NCBI GenBank assembly: GCA_964615725.1
Contig: CAZTPW010000002.1
Span: 5,656 to 69,655, forward strand
DNA: 64,000 nt
Direction: 5' to 3'
Source: an uncultured Candidatus Saccharibacteria bacterium
GTDB lineage: Bacteria > Patescibacteriota > Minisyncoccia > Phycocordibacterales > CAZTPW01
Shown here: positions 18,329 to 27,430 of the stretch, one piece after another
How positions within the stretch are numbered: the first letter of the stretch is position 1
How the letters are laid out: each line of letters opens with the position of its first letter
Translations under genes and position numbers: made by a program
The notes under the pieces: generated by a model
The model's database searches: none
What the model saw: the letters and a program-made list of their open reading frames with translations, nothing else
What the model was told of the DNA's origin: nothing

Positions 18329-18934
18329 ATGAAAATTTCCTTTCCAAAAATGAATACCAAAAAAGGCTTCACCCTGATTGAAACATTCATTGCGATTTCT
18401 ATTTTAATGATTGCTGTGGTTGGTCCAATCACTATTGCTCAGAGAAGTCTTTCATCTGCAAAATTTTCACGAGATCGAGTGATTGCATACTACTTGGCAC
18501 AGGATGCTGTTGAGTATATTCGAAGTATTCGAGACGACTCCTACCTTCAGGGTAAATATTGGGACGATGCTGATGGTTTCTTTTCTCGAATCTCTCAATG
18601 TCGCAGCAATTCCACTGTTGCTACCCAGTGGTGTTATCTCGATACTCAGCGCACGTATGATGAAAACAAATCTCTATTCCCGGGAGCCTCAAACCCTGCA
18701 TCATTCCCAAATCTCAACTACAATACTGTCACTGGGGTATATAATTATGACAACCTGTCGTCCGATAACCAACCAACTTCATTTACTCGATCGATAAGTA
18801 TTCGTAATGCTTCCACACAAAATGGTGAAGATGAGATTGTGATTCAGGTTGATGTGCATTGGGAGTCAGGTCTCTTTGGAAGTGGTGGGGGATCATTTAC
18901 TACATCAGAGCATCTTCTTGATTGGCAAATATAA
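18329..18934 (+). CDS. minor pilin / pseudopilin (PilV/PilW-like)
   Basis: Start trimmed to the ATG at 18329 (MKISFPKMNTKKG|FTLIETFIAISILM), which follows the upstream stop. Confidence 0.7.
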   Translation: MKISFPKMNTKKGFTLIETFIAISILMIAVVGPITIAQRSLSSAKFSRDRVIAYYLAQDAVEYIRSIRDDSYLQGKYWDDADGFFSRISQCRSNSTVATQWCYLDTQRTYDENKSLFPGASNPASFPNLNYNTVTGVYNYDNLSSDNQPTSFTRSISIRNASTQNGEDEIVIQVDVHWESGLFGSGGGSFTTSEHLLDWQI

Positions 18935-18936
18935 GT

Positions 18937-19479
18937 ATGAAATATCTTTTTTCACAATTTCATAGTCTCGGAAAAGGTGGCCAAAAAGGTTTTACCGTAC
19001 TTTACGCTGTGCTGATAGCAAGTCTCCTCCTGTCGATTGGTCTCGGTATTTACTCTGTATCGCTTCGTGACTTCATTCTCGCATCATCAGCGAGCGAATC
19101 TCAGAAAGCAATTTATGCCGCCGATAGTGGAGTAGAATGCGTCTTGTACTGGAACATCTATGAACTTTTTTCACCACCAGCGCACGCACCAGCGGGGACA
19201 CCGTGGGTAGGAGATGCATATTGTGCAAACACCAAAATAAACTCAAACCCAGATTCTGGATGGACTGTCGTACAGACACAAAATACTGCAACTTCAACCT
19301 ACACTATTCACTTTGGCTCAACCGATGAAGCTCCGTGTGCTGTTATTAATGTAGGGAAATGGAATACTGAAGCAGCAACAACCACCATCTATACTCTTTT
19401 TGAATCTCGTGGGTATAATACCTGCAGAGTAGAAAACCCTCGCCGAGTAGAACGCGGTTTGAAAGGTGCATTCCACTAA
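18937..19479 (+). CDS. PilX-like minor pilin (prepilin-like N-terminus)
   Basis: Start at the ATG at 18937 (MKYLFSQFHSLGKGGQKG|FTVLYAVLIASLLL). Confidence 0.6.
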   Translation: MKYLFSQFHSLGKGGQKGFTVLYAVLIASLLLSIGLGIYSVSLRDFILASSASESQKAIYAADSGVECVLYWNIYELFSPPAHAPAGTPWVGDAYCANTKINSNPDSGWTVVQTQNTATSTYTIHFGSTDEAPCAVINVGKWNTEAATTTIYTLFESRGYNTCRVENPRRVERGLKGAFH

Positions 19480-21519
<2,040 letters not shown>

Positions 21520-21690
21520 AAAATGCTGGGCACCTGTTCAGGCCCCAGCACGGGAAAAGTGAAGTTGAAGGGTTACGCTGCCGCCAGTTCCACGAAGGAC
21601 GCAGCACCAGAGGTCCACGAGCGAAGGAGCTCTTTGAGCTTGCGGCGATGACGCCGGCGGGTGGTGGCCGGATCCTCCCGATGTTGCTTG
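21520..21690 (-). ncRNA. ffs: candidate signal-recognition-particle RNA (ffs); strand and ends uncertain
   Basis: The ~390-bp intergenic island 21520-21907 is ~60% GC versus ~46% background and has no credible ORF. It contains an SRP domain-IV-like core: minus strand GGTGCTG-CGTCC-TTCGT-GGAAC...GCAGC, read on the plus strand as TTCC-ACGAA-GGA-C-GCAGCACC. A minus-strand intrinsic terminator (GCTGGGCACCTGTTCAGGCCCCAGC plus ATTTTTTATTT) sits at 21522-21552. Class assignment needs a covariance-model search. Confidence 0.3.
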
Positions 21691-21925
21691 ACCCTCATGA
21701 AAGTGCGTTTGCAAGGTTCGATCAAACCTTGCCCATGATGCGTTGATGTGTTCGGCATGGACTATGATGTTGTATCTGCGGTTGTTGTTTTCCGACACAA
21801 TCTGCTCTACCACGAGCAAACCGTAGTGCAAAGCTTCACTTTTTGATGAATTTTAGAGAGCCAGCACCGGGGTCTAAGTATACTGATATTTTCCAAAATG
21901 GCAAGGGGTGTGCTATGATGACCGC

Positions 21926-22219
21926 ATGAATCGAGATATTGATTTAAAGCAGATAGAACGACTCGCTGAGCTCTCACGAATTTCGCTTACTGATACCGAA
22001 AAGGTGGCTATGCAAAAGGATATTAGCTCAATTTTGGGTTATGTAGAACAGATTCAAAATGTCTCAGAATCAGCCCCCGCACGGAAGCCTCAAAAGGTCC
22101 GAAACGTTATGCGTGAAGATGCCCCCCGCTATGAAAGTGGCACGTATACAGCCGACATTATCGCAAACGCCCCAAAGCACAAGGACGGCTACGTCGAAGT
22201 TAAGAAAATCCTCGGCTAA
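21926..22219 (+). CDS. gatC: Asp-tRNA(Asn)/Glu-tRNA(Gln) amidotransferase subunit C
   Basis: ~97 aa, conserved GatC sequence (IERLAELSRISLTDTEKVAMQKDISSILGYVEQ). Start at the ATG at 21926. Immediately upstream of gatA. Confidence 0.85.
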   Translation: MNRDIDLKQIERLAELSRISLTDTEKVAMQKDISSILGYVEQIQNVSESAPARKPQKVRNVMREDAPRYESGTYTADIIANAPKHKDGYVEVKKILG

Positions 22220-22228
22220 ATACATTTT

Positions 22229-23653
22229 ATGATTGATCTCCAGACACTTACGATTCGCAAAGCTCATGAAGCCTTGAAAAAAGGTGAATATACAGCCGTC
22301 GATCTCGCGAAGGCCTACCTTGATGTTGCTACGAAAAAAAATCCAGACACAAACGCTTACCTCGAAATCTACGCTGACGTTCTCGAGCAGGCAAAAAATG
22401 CTGACGCACTCATCAAAGCAGGAAAAGCAACACTTCTTACCGGCATCCCTCTTTCTATCAAAGACAATATTTTGATCAAAGGACGATCGGTGACTGCTGC
22501 TTCAAAGATTTTGAAAGGATATATTGCTCCGTATGATGCGACCGCAGTTGCAAAGCTCAAAGAGCAGGGTGTCGTCTTCATTGGCCGTACCAATATGGAT
22601 GAATTTGCTATGGGAGGCTCAAATGAAAATTCTGCATTCGGCCCCGTAAAGAATCCTCATGATCTAACTCGAGTATCGGGTGGTTCGTCTGGTGGGGCAG
22701 CGGCATCAGTAGCGATGAGTGGGGCACTTGCGGGGCTTGGCTCAGACACTGGTGGCTCGGTGCGTCAGCCAGCAAGCTTCTGTGGAATCGTTGGATTCAA
22801 ACCAACCTACGGTGCGATTTCTCGTTACGGTCTTATGGCTATGGGTTCTTCACTCGATCAGATTGGAACGCTTGGAAAAACAGTCGAGGACACAAAAATT
22901 CTTTTTGATGCAATGAAGGGCAATGACATCATGGACGGTACAACGCTTCCTGCTGGCTCCCTCGACAAAGCTCACACAAAAAAGCACTACACCATCGGTG
23001 TGCCACGACATTTCATGAAGCAGGGAATCGACAAGGATGTTCTTGAAAATTTCGAATCGTCATTGGAGAAACTCAAAAAGGCAGGACACACTATCAAGGA
23101 GGTGACACTTCCTCATATCGACTATTCACTCGCGGTGTACTACGTCATTATGCCCGCTGAAGTTTCTTCAAACCTCTCACGATTCGATGGTGTGAAGTAT
23201 GGAGCGCTCAAAGAAGGTGACACACTCCTCCAGGATTACCTCAAGACCCGTACCGAAGGTTTTGGAAAAGAAGCTCGACGACGAATCATGCTTGGAAACT
23301 ATATCCTTTCTGCCGGATATTATGATGCGTACTACAACAAAGCGCAGACTGTGCGTGAGCTTTTGAAACAAGACTTCGAAACAGCATTCAAAGATGTCGA
23401 TTTTATTCTTACACCCACATCACCAATCCCAGCATTTAAAATAGGAGAGAAATCATCGGACCCACTACAGATGTATCTTGCGGATATCTTTACCGTAATT
23501 GCAAACCTCGTAAGTGTGCCCGCAATTTCAGTCCCATCAGGCTTTGCGGATCGAGAAGGCAAGAAACTTCCGCTCGGAATCCAGTTTATGGCACCTCAGG
23601 AATGCGACGATACCCTTTTTGACATTGGCGCGCAGTTCGAGAACGTGAAATAA
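22229..23653 (+). CDS. gatA: Asp-tRNA(Asn)/Glu-tRNA(Gln) amidotransferase subunit A
   Basis: Amidase signature (GGSSGGAAASVA; Ser-cisSer-Lys triad region). 474 aa. Classic gatC-gatA arrangement. The displayed line 22201 appears shifted by 1 nt relative to the ORF track. Confidence 0.95.
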   Translation: MIDLQTLTIRKAHEALKKGEYTAVDLAKAYLDVATKKNPDTNAYLEIYADVLEQAKNADALIKAGKATLLTGIPLSIKDNILIKGRSVTAASKILKGYIAPYDATAVAKLKEQGVVFIGRTNMDEFAMGGSNENSAFGPVKNPHDLTRVSGGSSGGAAASVAMSGALAGLGSDTGGSVRQPASFCGIVGFKPTYGAISRYGLMAMGSSLDQIGTLGKTVEDTKILFDAMKGNDIMDGTTLPAGSLDKAHTKKHYTIGVPRHFMKQGIDKDVLENFESSLEKLKKAGHTIKEVTLPHIDYSLAVYYVIMPAEVSSNLSRFDGVKYGALKEGDTLLQDYLKTRTEGFGKEARRRIMLGNYILSAGYYDAYYNKAQTVRELLKQDFETAFKDVDFILTPTSPIPAFKIGEKSSDPLQMYLADIFTVIANLVSVPAISVPSGFADREGKKLPLGIQFMAPQECDDTLFDIGAQFENVK

Positions 23654-23663
23654 TAGGGCATAT

Positions 23664-24287
23664 ATGATGCCATTCGTTTTGACACTCATTGCACACGCTC
23701 AATCTTCTCCAGAAGGTGTCCCACCCACACCATCGCTTCCACTCGAGGATATTTTCTACGCGTTTTTCTCGTTTTTCTTTTCGATAGATTACTCGATATT
23801 TCCAGCAATAGGTCGTGAGGTGTGGACGATTGCCCAGTTTGTTGGCACGTTTGTTTCACTTGCGCTTGTGTTTTTGATTTGGCATATAGGCAGGAAGACC
23901 GCTGATTATGAAGCACTCATTGAGATGAAGTCTGCACCAGCCATGAATGCTCCGTCTACGAAGCAGGTTCATGGCAAAAAATGGCAGCGAGTCCTCGATT
24001 ATCTCGAGTCATTAAATCCAAATGATTGGCGCCTCGCGGTACTCGAAGCAGATATTTTGCTTGATGAAATGCTTGAGGAGCGTGGAGTGCCAGGTGAAAG
24101 CCTCGGGGAACGACTCAAAGCCACAACACCAGCAATGTTTTCAACGGTCCAAAAAGGTTGGGAGGCACATATTGTGCGTAATCGTCTTGCACATGAAGGT
24201 GCAAATTATGAACTTAATCAACGTGAGGCGCGCAGGGTGGTAGGTCTTTTTGCTGAGATGCTTCGGGAAGGAGGTTTTATTTCATAG
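23664..24287 (+). CDS. membrane-anchored protein with C-terminal HEPN/DUF86-like domain
   Basis: Two N-terminal hydrophobic segments. The C-terminal ~110 aa carries RNRLAHEG, matching the DUF86/HepT R-N-x-[LI]-x-H-E (Rx4H) HEPN motif. Confidence 0.45.
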   Translation: MMPFVLTLIAHAQSSPEGVPPTPSLPLEDIFYAFFSFFFSIDYSIFPAIGREVWTIAQFVGTFVSLALVFLIWHIGRKTADYEALIEMKSAPAMNAPSTKQVHGKKWQRVLDYLESLNPNDWRLAVLEADILLDEMLEERGVPGESLGERLKATTPAMFSTVQKGWEAHIVRNRLAHEGANYELNQREARRVVGLFAEMLREGGFIS

Positions 24288-24374
24288 ATGGTTGGGGATA
24301 AGGGGGTGATTGAGAGGCCTTGATTTTTGCGCGCTTTTCAGGTATTATTTTTTTACTCGAAATCGGGTATATAT

Positions 24375-24445
24375 CGCGGGGTAGAGAAGCAGTAACTCGC
24401 AAGGCTCATAACCTTGAGGCCTGGGTGCGATTCCCAGCCCCGCAA
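24375..24445 (+). tRNA. initiator tRNA-fMet, anticodon CAU
   Basis: Ends match E. coli tRNA-fMet: CGCGGGG.../...CCCCGCAA with a C1xA72 mismatch. A11:U24 in the D-stem. Anticodon loop CTCATAA. T-arm CTGGG-TGCGATT-CCCAG, with an unusual G at position 55. Confidence 0.75.
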
Positions 24446-24568
24446 CAAGAATTAGTTGGTGGATAGGGCGGTTATATGATATAAGACATATATATCAGCG
24501 TAGCTGATTTGGTTAGATAACGTCAGTGTGGTACATTTTCAAAGTCTTTTAAATAAGCCAATAAACAT

Positions 24569-24642
24569 GTCGGCGTAGCTCAGTTGGCTAGAGCGTGGGA
24601 CTCATAAGCCCAAGGTCGGAGGTTCGATTCCTCCCGCCGACA
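24569..24642 (+). tRNA. elongator tRNA-Met (anticodon CAU; a lysidine-type Ile2 cannot be excluded from sequence alone)
   Basis: Acceptor GTCGGCG/CGCCGAC. D-arm TAGCTCAGTTGGCTAGAGC. Anticodon loop CTCATAA. T-arm GGAGG-TTCGATT-CCTCC. Discriminator A. Confidence 0.8.
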
Positions 24643-24748
24643 CAACTTTTCGTATCTTTTTGCAGTGCTATACTTATAGTCAGAGTATTTAGGGTCGTTT
24701 GGCACGATCCGCTCTTCAGAAAACCAAACACTTAGCACCCACAAACGC

Positions 24749-25273
24749 ATGAAAACATTAGCTACAGCGCTCGTGTTGTTCGTACTCACGGTGAATGCTT
24801 GGACTCAGAGCACAGTCTCGAGCCTAGCTTCACTTTTTAACCCACTCACCGACATTCGTCAGGCGCCGCCCCCACGCTTCACCTTCAAGGCTTCGGCTCC
24901 GCAGCCAAGCCAGGTGACAAACCTTACCCAAGTCACCCTCTCCGGACCACTCCTGACTTCGAACGATCCGTACTGGAAAACCAATACGCGTATTGCTCGC
25001 GAAATCGCTGCGTCGCTCGAATTGCCAACCCGTGATAACTTCTGGGAACGCATCGAGATGAATTTGAATCAGAAAGATGCGAGTGGTCGGTCCGCTCAAG
25101 ACGTCTATTCTCAGCCCCTTTGGGGGTTCGGGAAGGGGAAGCACAAATACGACACATGCTTTGGAGCTGGTGGTGCCTGTCACTATGTTTCGAGCGTCAA
25201 TTACGTCTCAGAAGTTCCGGCGCGAACAGGTGACACGTACCGCCTCTTCGCTTTCTTCCGTCACACGTTCTGA
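24749..25273 (+). CDS. hypothetical secreted protein
   Basis: Signal peptide MKTLATALVLFVLTVNAWTQS. 174 aa. Terminator downstream. Confidence 0.5.
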   Translation: MKTLATALVLFVLTVNAWTQSTVSSLASLFNPLTDIRQAPPPRFTFKASAPQPSQVTNLTQVTLSGPLLTSNDPYWKTNTRIAREIAASLELPTRDNFWERIEMNLNQKDASGRSAQDVYSQPLWGFGKGKHKYDTCFGAGGACHYVSSVNYVSEVPARTGDTYRLFAFFRHTF

Positions 25274-25297
25274 GGAAGCAACGATGGTTTCGATAGT

Positions 25298-25325
25298 GGC
25301 GGCCCGCCGCGGGCCGCCTTTTTCG
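25298..25325 (+). terminator. rho-independent terminator
   Basis: ggcggcccgccgcgggccgcc hairpin followed by TTTTT. Confidence 0.75.
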
Positions 25326-25413
25326 TCCCCCAACTTTTTCGATAAAGAAGCAAATAAAGGACGATGGGGGAGGGATTGCTTTCAACCAAAAAATCTGATA
25401 CATTTCACCCCAT

Positions 25414-25487
25414 GCAGCCATAGCTCAATTGGCTAGAGCACTCCCCTGTCACGGGAGAGGTTGCCGGTTCAAGCCCGGTTGGCTGCG
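25414..25487 (+). tRNA. tRNA-Asp, anticodon GUC
   Basis: Acceptor GCAGCCA/TGGCTGC. Anticodon stem CTCCC/GGGAG with loop CTGTCAC. T-arm GCCGG-TTCAAGC-CCGGT. Discriminator G. Confidence 0.85.
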
Positions 25488-25500
25488 CAGATTTAGACTC

Positions 25501-26271
25501 ATGCCTTCTCATAAAAACTTTTGGAATAAAGAGTACGCGAACCCTGAACACCTCACACTTTCAGACGAACCGTCAGAAGACCTCGAGAAATTTACTCGAT
25601 GGATAGAACGTCAGTACAAGGGAGCCGTCTTGAACCCAACGACCAACGTCCTTGATCTAGGATGTGGTAATGGACGTAACCTTGTATATCTCTCACGAAA
25701 TTTTGGCTGTCATGGCACCGGCTATGATATTTCCGGTGAGGCGATTGCTCAGGCCAAGCGCGCCGCCCGTGGTGAAGTACTTATCGACAAGTGGCGACCG
25801 TATGTGCATGGCACAGCGGGGAATACCCGAAAGAAGCATGGGGCCCAAGTTTTACCTCTCACATTTGTCGAGCGACCAATTCAAGGAAAATTTGATCTCG
25901 AAGATGAGTCTGTTGATCTCGTACTCGACATGATGTCTTCCCATTTCCTCAAAAAATCAGAACGCGAGGCGTGGCGCGACGAGATTGTCCGCGTCCTCAA
26001 ACCTGGTGGTTGGTTTTTCCTCAAAACATTTCTCGATGAAGAAGATCTCCATGTGAAGCGTCTTCTCAAGGAAAACCCAGCTGACGAAGAGCATGCTTAC
26101 ATTCACCCGAAGCTCGGTGTTTACGAGTATGTGTGGTCAGAAGAGCGCATAGAAGAATTTTTCAATCCTTATTTCATCATTCATAAAGTAGAGAAGTCCC
26201 ACAAACATCTTCTCAAGGGTAAACCCTTCAGGCGCCGCACTATTTCCGTGTATTTGGAAAAAAATTACTAG
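25501..26271 (+). CDS. class I SAM-dependent methyltransferase
   Basis: Motif I VLDLGCGNGRN. Start trimmed to the ATG at 25501 because ORF-track 25429 (TTG) lies inside tRNA-Asp. Confidence 0.75.
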   Translation: MPSHKNFWNKEYANPEHLTLSDEPSEDLEKFTRWIERQYKGAVLNPTTNVLDLGCGNGRNLVYLSRNFGCHGTGYDISGEAIAQAKRAARGEVLIDKWRPYVHGTAGNTRKKHGAQVLPLTFVERPIQGKFDLEDESVDLVLDMMSSHFLKKSEREAWRDEIVRVLKPGGWFFLKTFLDEEDLHVKRLLKENPADEEHAYIHPKLGVYEYVWSEERIEEFFNPYFIIHKVEKSHKHLLKGKPFRRRTISVYLEKNY

Positions 26272-26288
26272 CGTTATACACTAATTCC

Positions 26289-27086
26289 ATGACATCAAAG
26301 ACCAAAATCATCATTACCATCATTGTAATCGTCATCCTTGCAGGAATTGGCTATGGATATTACTCATGGAAAATGAAAAGTGGGGAAGCTGACCGCCCCC
26401 TCTTTAGTCCAACATCAAGCTCTATCACCACTCTCGCAGAGGAGGTGACTAAATATCTCAATGCTGGCGGTGAAGACGTGGTTGCTCGTGTGTCTGGCGA
26501 GCCACAGCTTTACACCATCCAACCGATTGCCTCAAAGGATCTTGCACAGATGCGCACCACCTCAGTACTCGGTGTATCTTTCAAAACACCGCTTGGACCA
26601 GCAACTGAGAATGAAGCAACAAAAAAATATGAAGGTGTGCGCGAGGTGAGTTACACCAATGGTAATAGCATTTTGGTCACCAATAATCGCAATAAAATCA
26701 TTGATGAGATTCGTGAGATGACGAATGCATCATCTACGGATGTCTTCACCCCCGTTCTTGGTGCTAAGGTTGCATCAAACTACGACATGTTGTCATTCAT
26801 TTTGCATTCAACACCAAGTCGTGTTGCACAGTCAAAGACTATCGAAGAGGCTCGTGCTCGCGCTCAAGCTCTCGTCATTAAAGATCTCAGTGCATTCGGT
26901 CTTCAGTCAAAAACCTATGAAATCAGCCGCCCTGGCATCAAGGCATTCATGACCCAGTTTATCGACCAAGATGGGGGAGCGATCCTCGAAGTATTTTTTG
27001 ATAATGGCGCATGGTACTCAATTCTCATGAGTCAGACCGACCTCCCAGCAATGGATGCAATTATCCAGACTATTAAACTTCAGTAG
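26289..27086 (+). CDS. hypothetical membrane-anchored protein
   Basis: N-terminal TM (KIIITIIVIVILAGIGYGYY). 265 aa. No known motif. Confidence 0.5.
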   Translation: MTSKTKIIITIIVIVILAGIGYGYYSWKMKSGEADRPLFSPTSSSITTLAEEVTKYLNAGGEDVVARVSGEPQLYTIQPIASKDLAQMRTTSVLGVSFKTPLGPATENEATKKYEGVREVSYTNGNSILVTNNRNKIIDEIREMTNASSTDVFTPVLGAKVASNYDMLSFILHSTPSRVAQSKTIEEARARAQALVIKDLSAFGLQSKTYEISRPGIKAFMTQFIDQDGGAILEVFFDNGAWYSILMSQTDLPAMDAIIQTIKLQ

Positions 27087-27172
27087 GTCGTTTCCTCGCA
27101 GTATCAAATTGAAAATATCCACATTTCGTGTATGATGGCTCCATTGCACATCATGAGCGATGTGTGGTGAGT

Positions 27173-27247
27173 GCCAATGTAGCTCAGTTGGTAGAGCACG
27201 TCCATGGTAAGGACGAGGTCATCGGTTCAATCCCGATCATTGGCTCC
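27173..27247 (+). tRNA. tRNA-Thr, anticodon GGU
   Basis: Acceptor GCCAATG/CATTGGC. Anticodon stem CGTCC/GGACG with loop ATGGTAA. T-arm ATCGG-TTCAATC-CCGAT. Encoded CCA. A TTGAAA-N17-TATGAT promoter lies at ~27117-27146. Confidence 0.85.
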
Positions 27248-27257
27248 AGTAAATTGT

Positions 27258-27333
27258 GCCAAAGTAGCTCAGTTGGTAGAGCACAGCTTTCGTAAAGCTG
27301 GGGTCGCGAGTTCGATCCTCGCCTTTGGCTCCA
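27258..27333 (+). tRNA. tRNA-Thr, anticodon CGU
   Basis: Acceptor GCCAAAG/CTTTGGC. Anticodon stem CAGCT/AGCTG with loop TTCGTAA. T-arm GCGAG-TTCGATC-CTCGC. Encoded CCA. A hairpin plus T-run terminator lies at ~27360-27390. Confidence 0.85.
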
Positions 27334-27430
27334 CTACGAAGATCATAGTCACCATAAGCAAAACTTTTCAACAGTTTTGTGTTTTTCTCGTACATGAGCG
27401 TGATAAAATAAGTGGAAATTATAATCCCTT

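Noticed and set aside
21573-21758. 61-aa Arg-rich minus-strand ORF ending ...ELAAA*; considered as a tmRNA tag reading frame, or L34-like because of KRTF
   Set aside because: The stop codon lies only ~20 nt before the terminator, with no room for the tmRNA pseudoknots and tRNA-like 3' domain. No GGGG 5' end or T-arm/CCACCA is present. The L34 resemblance is limited to KRTF. It is more likely the by-product of a GC-rich structured RNA.
21520-21907. RNase P RNA or tmRNA assignment for the GC-rich island after ligA
   Set aside because: P4 (GGAAAGTCCGG/ACAGAANCCGGCTTA) and tmRNA end motifs are absent. The genuine rnpB is at 60885-61216.
24450-24568. Possible degenerate tRNA (agcgtagctgatttggttagataacgtcag) between the two Met tRNAs
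   Set aside because: No acceptor stem or T-arm can be formed. It is more likely promoter and spacer sequence; a TTGGTT-N17-TACATT promoter-like pair lies here.
24580-24789. 69-aa minus-strand ORF
   Set aside because: Antisense overlap with tRNA-Met; spurious.
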